DNA from: the human T2T-CHM13v2.0 reference genome, Homo sapiens
Direction: 5' to 3' (one strand)
Length of the DNA stretch: 64,000 nucleotides
NCBI RefSeq assembly: GCF_009914755.1
Contig: NC_060946.1
In this document: one piece after another, positions 1 to 13,939 of the stretch
Position numbering within the stretch: the stretch's first letter is position 1
Layout: every line of letters starts with the position of its first letter
Made by a program: the position numbers and the translations under genes
Notes under the pieces: model-generated
What the model saw: the letters and a program-made list of their open reading frames with translations, nothing else
Told to the model about the DNA's origin: nothing
Database searches by the model: none

Positions 1-289
1 ACACTGACTCTGGCTGGGCCCAGCAGAGCGGACTGGGGTGTTAGTGGGGGGAGGCCCTCCTCCCCATACTGCAGATGGCAGCGAAGAGGCGGGGTTGGTG
101 GCAGGCCTGTGGTCACTGCCTCCACTATAAATGCTGCAACTGCCGTGGAGGGTGCAGGGGAGGCCTGGCGATGGTGAGGGAAGCAGCTAGGAGATGGACG
201 GCCCAAGGCGTGGCCAGGCCGCGGGGAGCCCAGCTGTCTGTGGGGGACGGGGCAGGAGGGAAGTGGACGGAAGGTCTGAGAATGCAGCG

Positions 290-483
290 TGTGTGGAAGA
301 GCAGGGACTATCCAGGCAGGCAGCCCAGGTTCAAGTCCCGGCTACAGCTGCTCCCTAGCTGGACCCTGGGTCAGACACTCCATCCTCCAAACCTGGGTTT
401 CTCCATTTGTAAATAGCAACAGCAACCCCTAATTTGGAGGTCTGTTGAGAGTTACACATCAGGGTAAGCCCAGTGCCTGCCAA
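290..483 (+). mobile_element. MIR SINE fragment
   Basis: Degenerate MIR core (ggttcaagtccc...ctgggtttctccatttgtaaat...cagtgcctgcca); boundaries approximate. Confidence 0.6.
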
Positions 484-2844
484 GTGGGGGAAGCCTCCTT
501 CCTCCTGAGCCCCAGCAAACCCTTTCACCTTCAGCCCGTCCTCTCTCCCCACCCCCATATCCTCTCCCATCCACGGCCACTGCCCGGCTTCCCTGAACCC
601 ATTGTGAGCTTCCTGGAGCTCCCACTCTGCACGGGCGGCTGGTCCCTCAAACAATGGTGACTTCCCCCTCCCCTCCCCCATCTCACCCCTTCCTGGGAAA
701 ATGCCAAGGCCCAGTTCAATGCCACCTCCTCTGTGAAGTCCTCCCCAGCCCCCTAGTGAGAGTCACTCTCTTCTCTGAACTCCAGATTCCCTGAACCCCG
801 TCTTCTCTCTTCTGGCAAATGAACCTGTCTTGCTTTTCTGTTCCTGGGTCTGGCCCTCAGTAGCCTGTATGCTGGGTGGCAAGGACGGTGCCTTCTCCGT
901 GGTCACGGACCTCTCCTTTCATCCCATCATCAAATGCTTATTGAATGTTACGGGCAGCAAGGGCCCTGGAAGGCCAGGTGTCCACGTCTGGCATGGGTCT
1001 TGGGGAGTGGAAGTAAAGCCACCGGGGCCAAGGAAACCCCTGGGAAACACACCTGCCATGGTTCCGTCACCTGACCTGGCCCAACGGTGACCACACCATT
1101 GTCTGGGAGCAGGAAGGGGAGACTGTGAATGACCCATTTCTGGGAAGGCAAGTGAGGAGGGTTCTGCTGCAGTGACAGGAGTGACTAGGGTAGAAGGTTT
1201 GCTCGCCACCTGTGGTGCCACCGTACGGTGTGACTGTGAGGGCCAGACACTGCACAAGCCTCATCTCACTGAATCTCCACCCACCCCGAGGAGCTGGTGT
1301 CAGCACCCCGTCCACAGGTGGCAAGAGGAGGGGCACAGCGATAATGCGGTGCACACCTCGGGGGTGTCACCTGTTCCAGTTGCGGTCCCAGGCCTCCCGT
1401 CAACCTCGTGAGGTGGGTGCGGTGTATCCCCATTCTACAGACAGAGCCACTGAAGACAGAGAAGTTAGGAGGAGCAGGGCCAGACCCGAACCAGCTCTGC
1501 GGGCCTCAGCACCCACGCTCCTGCCACCCCCACCACCCTGGTTGCCGGCTGAGCCAGCCTCGCTTTTTGGCGCCCACGTGCAGCAGATGAAAGGAGAGAA
1601 CAGATGCAGAGCGGGCGGTAATCAGCGCAGCTATTCTAGGCCTCGGCGCCTGCTCCCCACCTCCAGCGCCGGCCCCCGCCTCTCCGTTCACTCCCTTCTG
1701 CCAATCCCTCCGCAACACCCGAGTGGCACAGGGTTCTGGCCAGGGCAGGTCTGAGGCCAAGAAGCTGCCCCATCCGCCAAGTCCCAGAGGGCCAGGACCA
1801 GCTGGAAAGCCACCCAACCAGATGGTCAGCCTTGAGGCAACGACTGCGCCTTCTCGTTCTTGTCTGTCCCACTGCTCTTGGACCGGGTGCGCACACGGCA
1901 GCAACCTTCCCCTTGGCTGCATGGGTCTGGTCTGAGCAAACCTTACCTGCTCGCCATGAGGCTGCCCAGCCAATCTGTTGATGGATCTTGTTAGTGCTGG
2001 ACGCTCAGTCTCACAAGGGTGGGACTGGGACTGGGATAAGGACAGGGCTTCAGCTCCCAGACCCATGTATCCTAGGGACCATCTCAGGAGGGCCCCTGTG
2101 TGCATGGGAAGGCGGGCTCTCCCCGCTCTCCCCACGCCCGGGGTGTTCACTTCTGAGGCTCGGATTCAGGGGACAACCCCTGAGGGGGCTTCACAGGCCT
2201 GCACGTGGCTCCTGTCCTCAAGTCACTTCTCATCTCCTGCGTTTACCCCAAGTGCCTTGGGGTAATGTCTAGTTTTCTGTCCTGAGAGCAGCCCTCTCCC
2301 TTGGTAAGATCCCGTTTTCTGTTCAAGCGTCGGCTGTCAGGCCTTACCCCACTGGAGACCCTGTACTCCCCAGGCTGGGCTTGGAGTCCCTCCTTCCTCC
2401 TGCCAGAATGCCCCGCCCTATCTTACAATGTTACTTTTCGTATGAGTGAAATGATGGGGCCCATGTCCTCTGCAGTGGACCGAGAGCTCACTGAGGCCAG
2501 ACCTATGGCTTGTCTTTGTATCCTCAGCTCCTGGGGCCTGACCCTCAGTGGCTATTGAATAAGCATCTGTTGAACTGAGTGAAATTCTGTGGGCCTGAAA
2601 ACATCTTTACTGTAGCTTAGTCCAGCTGCCAAGCGTATCTCAGTGTCCGTGTGGCCCCATCCAGCTGCACTTGGCCCCCAACCTCAGTGACCTAATGGTG
2701 AGAGGGGCCAGGCCATGTCCACTGGGGCTATGCCTGGGCCAGGGGCTTCCAGCAGCCTCACAGTTTAACCAGAAACATCTCTAGGTGCCTGAGCCTGAGG
2801 ATACTGATCACACCTTCCCCTAACATCAAGAGACTGTAGAATGA

Positions 2845-3787
2845 GGTCAGTTTTTGGTCATTTTAATTGTAAAAACCAAGACATTTATATAAATAAGACC
2901 GCTGTGTAAAATACGATTCACCCTTCTACTAAAACCCTTTTCCCACACTCGAAAAGAACATAGAAAACCCAGCAGAGAGCAGTACAAATCAGCATGCGGT
3001 CCCTGATGCGAAGTCGCGGGCAGGCCAGGGTTCCCTGCGGAAGCAGCCTCGTGGTGAGAGCACTCCTGCCCAGGTGTCCCACCAGAGGCTCGGTGACCCC
3101 TCGAGAAACTGCCAGGTAGCAGCTCCCACACACCAGCCCCTGGCTCTCAACTGTACGGGTCGAGGAGGGGACGGGAAAGGCTGCTTGGTCCCCACCAAGG
3201 CTGGGGGCTGGGGGGGCTGCTGGCCCAGTGAGATGCAGTGGTCTGTTCAGCCTGGGGTCAAGTTGGGGGAAGGGGTTTCTGAGGGGTCAGCACCTCCCCA
3301 GAGGACAAGGAGAGAAGCTGCCTGTGTCCCTTGAAAGAATCATCTCCTTCTTGGGGCCATTTTCATATGACCACTAATGACAAGGACGGCCGACACTTCC
3401 CGGCAGTACTGGGGATGGCAGGGCAGTGGGGCTCCCAGGATGCAAGGGGAAGGCAGCCCTGGAGAAAGGGGGACTGGCGTGTTCCTGTGCGGAAGATCTC
3501 ATCTCCCACCTCCTCTACCCTGTCACACCGCCCCACCCCACGTCTCCCACACAGACCCATGCCCGCTGCCCCGTCCACACCCTGAGACTCCGAGGGAGAC
3601 AGTTGAGAGCCTGGGGATGGAGATGTCAAGTTCACACACTGGGCGTGGCTCAGGAAACTGGTACACAAAGACAAAAAGAAAAGACCCCAACTCTCCTTGG
3701 AAAAACCAGGACCTGCCTAGGGCTGCTCCCCACCCCAGATGAGTGGCAGGAAAAGGCCCTGCAGGGGACGGGGCAGGGGACAGAGTG
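2845..3787 (-). other. DNAL4: DNAL4 3'UTR (end approximate)
   Basis: Between the TGA stop (3788-3790) and the inferred cleavage site ~15-20 nt past ATTAAA. Confidence 0.7.
2862..2867 (-). terminator. DNAL4: DNAL4 poly(A) signal ATTAAA
   Basis: Plus-strand tttaat = ATTAAA on minus, in an AT-rich patch ~920 nt downstream of the stop codon. Confidence 0.7.
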
Positions 3788-3952
3788 TCAGGAGCACTTC
3801 CAGACGCACACAGCCAGGGTGCCCCCGAAGTACAGGTAGAGGAGGTTCTTCACCTCGTGGGTGATCTCAAACCCAAAGCCCTCGCCGATCACCACGTGCC
3901 AGGAGGAGCCGAACTTCTTGTCCATTGTCTCTTTGATCATCTTGGCGGCGCT
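3788..3952 (-). CDS. DNAL4: DNAL4 last coding exon (exon 4), SAAKMIKETMDKKFGSSWHVVIG...VCVWKCS*
   Basis: LC8-type dynein light chain motif MDKKFGSSWHVVIGEGFG; CAG acceptor at 3953-3955; TGA at 3788-3790; 165 nt. Confidence 0.98.
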   Translation of the reverse strand, partial: SAAKMIKETMDKKFGSSWHVVIGEGFGFEITHEVKNLLYLYFGGTLAVCVWKCS

Positions 3953-5264
3953 CTGGAAGGAAGAGGGCACTTATCAAGGGGGCGCAGGGCAGGTGGGGGC
4001 AGGAGTCAGGTCCTTCTCCAGGAAGGAGAAGGCTGGCACTGAGGTCTTGGCAAGAGAAAGGCCTGCTGTCCTATTTCTCTTGTCCTCCTGCTTCAAAAAG
4101 GGTTTCCACGCAGGCCACCTCCTGCCAGGTCTATTACACAGGCACAGAAAACTAGACATTACTCAGCAGTCAAGAAGAAACTGGCTGAGGCGGGAAGGCA
4201 AGCATCAGGTCTGGAGATAGCCTGGGGCTGCGTCCTGGCTCTGCACTTAGTGCGGGCTTCCTGGGCCAGTGCCACCTCCCTCAGATGTAACCTGGACAAG
4301 CGGGGCACCAGGCAGTCTCAGGACCAACTGGATGGAGAGACCTGGCACCCTGCAGACTGCGAGGTACCTGATGCGTTCAGTGGGCTCTGGGGAGGCGCCG
4401 ACTACTCCCCTAGTCATGGCCACAGTCGACTTCTTCCTGTGCCTGCTCTTTCAAGACGCGCCCCCTGTGTGAGGAGGTCTAGAGGGGCAGGGACCCCCGC
4501 TCGGCAGGGCGAGTCCAGGTGCAGGCGCCTGAGGTACACCAACAGCGCCTCCCACCATGCCAGGTGCCATGCTGGGCACTCTGTCCCCATCGTCTCAGTA
4601 AATACATCCTCACAACTGGCCCAGTGAGGAGGCACCATCGCCACCCTCCATTTAAGGACTAGGAAACTGCGCTCAGAGTTGAGAAATGGCTCATTCAAGG
4701 GTACAGCTGGGAAGGGCTGAAGCCAGGATCTGAACCTGGGCCTGGCCGACCCAAAGCCTGGGCTCCCACTGGCCAGTGTCTTGCCTCCCCACCGGCTGCC
4801 GCAACACTGACTTCTCGCTCTCCCCACCAGATTGATGAATGGCCTTCCTGCGTTGATGCCTGCTGGCCGTATCCCCAACACCTAGAACAGCGCCTGTTCA
4901 ACACCTTTTTGAATGGATGAGTGAATACATGAATGGATGCCTGGGCAGGCCTCTGTTCACCACTGGGATGGAACCACGGGGAAAGGCACCCTATTCAGCA
5001 GCCCACCTGAGGCAGGGAACATGGGCAGGGGCGTCATGGAGACCCCTGTGGCTTTGCTCCTCTAGGGCTGGGTGTGACCGTCAGTGCCTGGAGTCAGCGC
5101 CAGCCTCTCACTCACTGACTTTCCCCAGACTGAATGCTTCCAAGGAAGGCTCTGGCCTCATCCTAGCAGTACTGTCTGGAGCCAACTGCAGGGAACAGGG
5201 GCCACTTTATTCACCCACAGGGGCCATCAAAAGCACGAGGGGCCGCCTGCACTGCTGGCAATAC

Positions 5265-5348
5265 CTCGTTGTTGTTGGAGAATTTCTCACAGGCTGTGAC
5301 ACATAGCTCCATGGTCTCCACGCGCATCTCCTCTGGCATGTCCGAGTG
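5265..5348 (-). CDS. DNAL4: DNAL4 exon 3, HSDMPEEMRVETMELCVTACEKFSNNNE
   Basis: Hand translation; TAG acceptor at 5349-5351, GT donor at 5263-5264; 84 nt, phase 0-0; SDM..EM motif of dynein light chains. Confidence 0.97.
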
Positions 5349-5929
5349 CTAGAGACAGGGCAGGGGTAACAAACAAGAGACAGGCTTAGCCCGTGACCTG
5401 GCCTTCCTGGCTGGCCTCTCTGTCCCAAGCTTAAGGCATGGACAGCAGGTAGCCTCCCTGGCCCAGCCCTGGGCAGGTGACCCATCTCCTGACTGAGGGC
5501 CTGCAGCTGGGGCAAAGGCATGGCATGGAGCTGAGCCTCGTGGGCTCTCAAGCCCAGGCTCTCTGCAAGGGCACGAAGCCAGCACCAGGTTCCAGCCAAC
5601 AGACATGGGAAGAAAGCCGGCTGAGGGCGGAGGGAATGCTGGCTATGGAAGTGTGTTCCGACGGAATCTCACCCCGGAGGCCCGAAGAGGCCGCTGGGCG
5701 CTCTCTGGGGCCCCTGGTTTTCCTCCGGCCTTTCCCTCTGCTCCTTCTCCATCGATCTGCTGGATTTCCTTCCTCCTCCCAGCTCCTGGAGGGCCCTGGG
5801 CCCCACCTCCACTCTCCCATCTCCAGCGACTCCATCTCTGGGGTCTTGTGTGTTCCGCGCCTGTCTGTGTCCTCTCTGTGGGAGGGCTCCCACACTTCTA
5901 CCCCCAGCTCTAACCTCTTCTTTGGGCTC

Positions 5930-6850
5930 CTGACTACTCTGTCAAACTGGCCACTTGACAGCCTCACTTAGATGTCTAAAAATAACTTGATTCCCACAAA
6001 CCCATCTTCTTCCATCTCCTTTTCCTGGTAATTGATACCATTTTTTCTCCCAATACTCAGGAAAAGACAGACTGTAGCAGCCACCCTGGACTCTCTTGCT
6101 CCCATACCCAGTCTCCAATTTGGCAGCAGGTCCTTTGGCCTCTGCACTCACGGAACACCCTAAACCCGACCGCATCTCGCACTCTACTCCGTGAGCCGCA
6201 CCCAGCCACCCTCATCGCTCTGGGCCTCCACAGCGGCCTCCTCGCTGGTCTCCCCACTTCTGCTCTGGTATCTCCAAATCCATTCTGCTCACAACAGCTG
6301 GAGTGAGCTTTTGAAAACCAAACAGATCTCATCACTCCCCTGCTTAAAACCCTTCAGTGTTCCCCCTTCGATTCAGGACAGAACCCACAGTTCTCACCAC
6401 ATTCTTCACTGTGGCTGGCCAGGCCTGTAGGGTCTGGCCCCACTGGTGCTGTTATGTCCTGCCACCCTTCTCAGCACTCCATTCCAGCCATGCTGGCCTT
6501 CTCTCTGTGCCTCCAAAATGCCAAGTTCATTCCCATCCCAGGCTTCCCGTGCCTCTGTTTCCCCGGCTTGGCATGTTCTTCCCCAGGTCTTTGTGAGGTT
6601 TGCTCTCTGTCTTCAGGTCTCTGATCTGCAAAACCTCTCCAGAAGCTAACCTCTGCTCTCCAGCTCCTTCCACCTGCTTCATTTTTCATTATAGTACTTA
6701 CTGCCTACAATCATGTTCTTAAAACATGTATTTCATGTGGGCCAGGCCTTCGCCTGTCTCGTTTACCATCCCCACAGTGCCTAGAACAGTGCCCGGCATA
6801 GAGTAGGTGGCCCAATACTTGGTGAATGAATGAATGAATGAAACAATGAA
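5930..6850 (+). mobile_element. L2 LINE 3' portion
   Basis: Typical L2 3' end (cagtgcctagaacagtgcccggcatagagtagg...tgaatgaatgaatgaatg). Confidence 0.75.
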
Positions 6851-7001
6851 TCACTGTCAACTCCAAGATGTCTAGGTCTGAGCCAGCAGAGCCCTTCTTA
6901 ACTTCCTCCCACTGCCATCCTGCAAGGGACAAGCTCCACCCACCTCTCTCCAGGCTGTGTGGGCCCTGCCGGCAGTCCTGCCTCCCTCCCCTGGGGCTTA
7001 C

Positions 7002-7070
7002 CCTGACCAGAGGGAAGGTCTGCAGTCGCTTATAGTCAGCCTCATCTTTCTTCCCTTCTGTTTCTCCCAT
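7002..7070 (-). CDS. DNAL4: DNAL4 first coding exon (exon 2 CDS), MGETEGKKDEADYKRLQTFPLVR
   Basis: ATG in strong Kozak context (ATCATGG); GTAAG donor at 7001; the three exons join into a 105-aa protein. Confidence 0.97.
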
Positions 7071-7209
7071 GATCCTTCCACTGTGACCACTGGAGGAGAG
7101 TGGGGCTTTCAGGAGGTGCTGGGACTGGCAGTTAAGACACACCCAGGAGATTCAGGAAGCAGGCCCTGCCAACTCGGTGGGAGCAGAAAATGTCTTTCCC
7201 CGGGGGGTG
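7071..7209 (-). other. DNAL4: DNAL4 exon 2, 5'UTR part
   Basis: Strong polypyrimidine tract plus CAG acceptor (CTTTTTTTCTGGTTTCTCCTGTTTTCTGCAG) ending at 7210. Confidence 0.85.
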
Positions 7210-7512
7210 CTGCAGAAAACAGGAGAAACCAGAAAAAAAGAGCTGGCTTCAAAACCATACATCGCAAATTAGAAATGTCTCAGTAACAATCTGACACCTC
7301 CCCATCTTAACTCCTCCGCACCCTTTTCCAAATGGCCAGCAAGTCTGCAGACGGCAGGATGAGTCAACACGAGATGCTGGGACCTGGTTAAGAACACACT
7401 GGTACGATGCCGCAAGCCCACACTGTCATTATCAAGACAAATACTGACTGTGGGCCAGGCCTGCAGGATGGAGGCTTGAGCTGGCAGTGAGCAAATGCAG
7501 TTTCCCCGCGTA

Positions 7513-7790
7513 CCCACTACATACACGGTCCTTCCCTCCCACTACACACATGGGCCTTCCCTCCCACTACACACACGGGCCTTCCCTCCCACTACACACA
7601 CGGGCCTTCCCTCCCACTACACACACGGGCCTTCCCTCCCACTACACACACGGGCCTTCCCTCCCACTACACACGCGGGCCTTCCCTCCCACTACATACG
7701 CGGGCCTTCCCTCCCACTGCATACACGGGCCTTCCCTCCCACTACACACACGGGCCTTCCCTCCTGCTACACACATGGGCCTTCCTTCCC
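7513..7790. repeat. 25-bp minisatellite (VNTR), ~11 copies of GGGCCTTCCCTCCCACTACACACAC
   Basis: Units start at 7527, 7552, 7577 ... 7777 with few substitutions. Confidence 0.95.
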
Positions 7791-8665
7791 AGAAGCTGTG
7801 CTTAGGAAGGGAAATGTTCAGGTCACCACTGACAGTCTGGGCTTATTGGCAAGCAAGGGGGCCCCTCTGCAGGCCCTGATCTTCAGGGGAATGGGCACGG
7901 TGCTGCTCTGTGCCCTCCCTGGCACACCAGGCTCCCTGGTTGTTCTTTCCTACTCCTTCTTGGACCACTGGGTCCTGTCCTGCTGGCCCAGCAGCTGGGA
8001 GGCTTGGGTGCTGCTGCTGGTTCAGTCAGTCACCAGCAGTATGGCCCTGGGCCCCAGACTCCTCACCAGTAATGTGGGTACAGTCACATCCATCTCATGC
8101 GGCCGTTATGAGAATTCAAAGAAACAGTGCCTGTAAAGCTAAGACAGTGCCAAGCACACGGCAGGCACTCAGTACATGGCTGTTCCCTAACCGACGGGGC
8201 TTCTACTAAAGAGACGGGCCTGGACCCGAGATGACTGGCAGCACTCCTGCCAATCCAGGCATTTCTCTTTCATCTTCAACCCAATTTATCTCATAATTCA
8301 AAGTTTTTTTTTTTTTAATCTCAGAAGTACTGACATAAGCGGATACAAATCACCAGGTTGTTAAGCCCTTTTTAATGATTTATATTAGACAACTACAGCA
8401 AAATAATGTTATTCCAGCATTTCTCACATTTCCAAATAAATTTCCTTTCACTGCACAGTCATGGAACCCAAAGGTGCCGAGCACGGTAACTAACAGGCAG
8501 GTGATGACACGTGACGGCTGTCGGTTTCCTGCCTGTCGGTGTTTCACATGCATTTACACACCTTGTCATCGCAACAACCCCGGGAGTTCGGTTCTGTAGG
8601 GACAGAGGCATGAGGCTGGTCAGTCGCTGGCCTGAGGTCACTCAGCTCGTTAGCGACACAGCTAA

Positions 8666-9150
<485 letters not shown>

Positions 9151-10600
9151 TGCTGGCTCTTTTTCTAATGTTAACTTGACCCTGGTTTGGCCCAGCCTTG
9201 AGCTTTCTGGGCACTCTTTCTGGGCTGTGCTCTTGATTTGATCCCCGCTCCAATGACTCGGTGCCACTCCATTTGGTCGGCTCCCTCGCATGAGGCTGGA
9301 AGCCTGGCACAGACCCCCCCCCCATCCAATGACATTGGTATTTTCTGATTTCCCAGTGGACAGATGGCTCCACTTATCTCATCAATTCTGGGCATTTGTA
9401 CCACTCAGATGTTAGCAGTTTTTGTTTGTCTCTCTCTACAAGCTGGTGAATTACCAAGCACAATTTCATTGTACTTTCTGGTCAGGTTCCTTATTTCACA
9501 AAATTCAGGGAATCATTTTGTCTTTGCTCATGAATGTGAAGGCGTATTTCCAATTCCAGGCTGTCCTCCTAGCCTTACTGCTTCCTCCTCTACCTTTGTC
9601 CAGGTGTGACAGAGGTGGCGGCTACACTGATGACAGAAGGAAAAGGGCACACAGTTTGTTTATCTCTGAGAATTTCAAGGGGGAACAATGAAAAATGTGG
9701 AAGCAGCTTCTTAGGCATCTTCCACTGAGATGTTTCCATTTGATTCAATTCATCCCGGAGGCTAAAAAGTGCTGGCATGTAGGAGCCAGGAGGGAACCAG
9801 GAGCCAGTTGTGGACATGCCACCCTCCAGGAGGTCAGGGTCTGTGACAGCTGCTCTAACATGCAGAATCCTGCTGAGATGTCCCATGACTTCAGAGGTAT
9901 GACCAAGGCCCATTTCTCAGGAACAACGGGGAAAAGCCAGTGGGAGAGTGACCTGTGCAGCATCTTGCAGAGCTAAGAACTGTGTGGGCCGCAAGCCGGA
10001 GTGTGCAGGCATGGAGACCAGCTCTGTCAAAGACGAGCATTCTGCTCACTTCCTTTCTTTGCAGCCGTCAGCAAGTAATTTCACCTAAGCCTTGGTTTCC
10101 TTCTCTATGAAACGGGATACTAAATCCTATCTCTGCGTTCTCAGGAAGCTGTTGCAAGCCCCAGGTATGTGTATGTGAGCGATTTGAAACGTTAAAGCTC
10201 TCTGCGCTGTTATCACAGTGCTCTCTGCTACCAGCGTTAATCAGCCAGGACTTGGTCACCATGATTCAGCCAAGTTTACTAAGGGCCCTGACTACAAAGA
10301 GCTTTTTCTAACCACTACACATACTTCTGGGGACCTAAAAGAGATGAGACAGAATAAAAAGGAATCGTTATAGATGATGTGTTTCCAAATACAGAAAGGC
10401 AGGAGAATTTTTTATGACGCTGTATCATTATAGTACAGCTAGAGTCATTCAGCCACAGTCCTAAAACTCTCCTCAAAGAATGTTACCAAAAATAGCAGAA
10501 CCAGAGGTTCTAACAACCTTATCAATCTTCCATGCAGAGAAGCATGTGCCTGAACTCTTGGAGCCAGAAAGAGTCATGTCAGGTCTAAAAGAGCCTTTTA

Positions 10601-11059
<459 letters not shown>

Positions 11060-11555
11060 TCAAGGGCCATCTGTGGGCTTTACATATCCTCACCCCCTCT
11101 GATGTGAGGCTCTTCCTAAGCAACAGTGGGCACAGACAAGGGCCCTTTATCTCATTGCCTGGTCAAGGCCAGTGTTCCTGGTCCTGCTATCCCTTGTTCT
11201 TTTGTGGCACTGACCTCAGTCACCATTCACTATTCTGTGTCTGAAGCGTCTGGGAAGAATCCTAAAGAGGGTTAGGGTGTGTGGGAGGGACTGGGAAAAA
11301 TGAATGCGTTCTGGGAAATAAGGCCCAAAATATCTGCCAGCCCCCTGGGAGGGGGGCAGCCATTCAATGTCTGGAACATCCGCGGCCCTTAGATCACGGC
11401 TCGCCTCCCTGTACCACCCACCATGCACCTGAGAGATTGCAGGACACACCTGGAGCATGTCATGGTGGTTCTGAGTACAGACTCCACCGTCGGATCTGAA
11501 TTCACATCTTGGTTCTGTTTTAGACAAGGGCTTACCTCCCTAAGCCTCAGTTTTC

Positions 11556-11966
<411 letters not shown>

Positions 11967-13604
11967 TAGACCAACCTGCTACACATCTAAACGTGCAGCC
12001 AAACAAACCACTATCTCCCAAGTTCCCACTATGTGCAAACCACTGTGGTAGTAATGAAGGAGGAAAGAGTCACAAGGAAATTCTGTGAAACCTCTTGGGG
12101 CTGAGGTGGTAGTGGTGTGGCTATGGTGTGCCTTCACATCCACCATCTCATTTCATCCTCCTAACACCTGTGAGGGAAGGATCCAGCTCCCTATTCTCAG
12201 ACAAGTCACTGGAGCTCAGAGAGGTTTTATGGGTGGCCTGAGGGTGCACAGCCGGCAATGGTAGAACCAGGATCGGAACCCCAATCCATCCTTCTGACTC
12301 GACCTTCTGTGCTTTCTCCTTTGGCACAAGCAAGTAGGAGACAAGCCAGTAACACAGATGACTTCGATACTCAGCATCCACCCATCCAGCCTCTGTCCAG
12401 GCCTGCCTCTTGCTTCCCGCCACATTGGGGACACAGGCGGGCACTCCAGTCTTCCTTGGCCTTCTAGCGAACAAATGAAGAACAAAGCTGACAGGGGAGG
12501 AAAAAGGATCCTAAGGACTTGGGCATTCGTCCAAGACGCTCGTAGTAAGGTCAGGAAATGATGCAGAAGCCAGGCTCCCAGACCAGTTTAAAGTGTGGGC
12601 AGACGCAGGGCTGCCATTTTAAAATTCTGCTGCAAAAGGGCCTTAGAAGATACATCATCTACTACAAAAGAGGAAAATTTGGCAGAATAAAGATCAGCCC
12701 TCCTCAAGAAAAGTCAAACACACGAAGTTGTTTTTACGTGGTCCTTATTTTTTCTCATTTTGCTGCGGTCCAATGAAAACTTAATGTGCCTGGGACTGAG
12801 GGAGGAGTGGAGGGAAGGAGAGGAGGGAGGGAGAGAAGAGAGGCCTGCTGTCTGGATCTGCAATTCTCAACATTTCCTCATGTCCGACACCATGTGATAA
12901 GTGACATTGACTCACACATGCACCCTCAAGGACTTAGCCAGACTTGGATGAAATCCCAGACAGTTTTGTCCAGATACAAAGTATAAGGAAAGTCACAACC
13001 ATCACAGCTATTAGCTCCCGGAGAACAGCTGCTCGCCACACACAGCAGGGCAGGCTCCCGCCCCGCTCTCTCCCACTCAAGAGAACAGATTTGAATCTAA
13101 GGGAGTAAGAGTGACATTATCACAGAAATAAATTGGACTTAGCATGGATTTATTTTTTAGAAACTCATTCACAATTGCTAATTACCAGTGACATCTCACA
13201 ACCGATCACGACTTAACTGTGCCCGTGAGTCCAGATTCCCTGGGGCTGAGGAACTTGATTTGGCTCTAGATGCCCCAGAGCACAAAGGCCAGTGTCTGGC
13301 ACACGGCAGAAGCCCAGAAATTATCCAAATTGCAATTAACTTATATTTCATTTGCCCCATGGGAGGGGAGAGGACCTATCACATCCATTCAAGACTATTT
13401 ATTGAACACTGATCCTGAGCCAGGCACCAGAATGGGCGATCTACATACAGGATGTCCCTCCCCCAGTCACTCTGTCAGACAGGTACTACTAGCCCTACGT
13501 TACTGGTATAGCCACACAGACTGAAAAAAAGAGAGTTTCCACCTAGTTAATAAACAAAGGGGCTAGGATTTGATTGCAGGTATATATGACTTCAAAGATT
13601 ATGC

Positions 13605-13912
13605 TTTTTCTTTTCTTTTCGAGACAGGGTCTCACTCTGTTGCCCAGGCTGGAGTGCGGTGGCATGATCACAGCTTACCGCAGCCTCAACTTCCCAGGCT
13701 CAGATGATCCTCCTGAGTAGCTCATGCTACCACACTCAGTGGTGGCACACTACAGGCTTGTGCCACCATACTCGGCTAATTTTTTTATTTTTTGGAGAGA
13801 CGGGGTTTTGCCATGTTGCCCAGGCTGGTCTCAAACACCTGAGCTCAAGCAATTTGCCCACCTCAGCCTCCCAAAGTGCTGGGATTATAAGCGTGAGTCA
13901 CCATGCCTGGCC
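13605..13912 (-). mobile_element. AluJ
   Basis: Diverged dimer; TSD gattatgctttttc. Confidence 0.9.
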
Positions 13913-13939
13913 TGATTATGCTTTTTCAACTACTCGACT

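Noticed and set aside
1-2600. Possible plus-strand lncRNA or small gene (donor-like sites at ~463 and ~2303; ORFs 1212..1754 and 1506..2150)
   Set aside because: I cannot assemble a consistent promoter, exon chain and poly(A) site from sequence alone; needs transcript data
3287-3310. RE1-like half sites (tcagcacc...ggacaag) in the DNAL4 3'UTR
   Set aside because: Non-canonical spacer and imperfect right half; likely chance
3743-4042. Plus-strand ORFs overlapping DNAL4 exon 4
   Set aside because: Antisense shadow of a real coding exon; no independent gene signals
7071-7151. In-frame N-terminal extension of DNAL4 from a GTG (ORF 6711..7142)
   Set aside because: Only a near-cognate start in unremarkable context; the ATG at 7068-7070 has a strong Kozak context and gives the expected 105-aa protein; the ORF's C-terminal part is intron read-through
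7513-7790. Regularly spaced repeat resembling a CRISPR array; His/Thr/Pro-rich ORFs 7487..7879 and 7495..8136
   Set aside because: Units are contiguous with no unique spacers, there are no cas genes, and the context is a eukaryotic intron; the ORFs are translations of the VNTR
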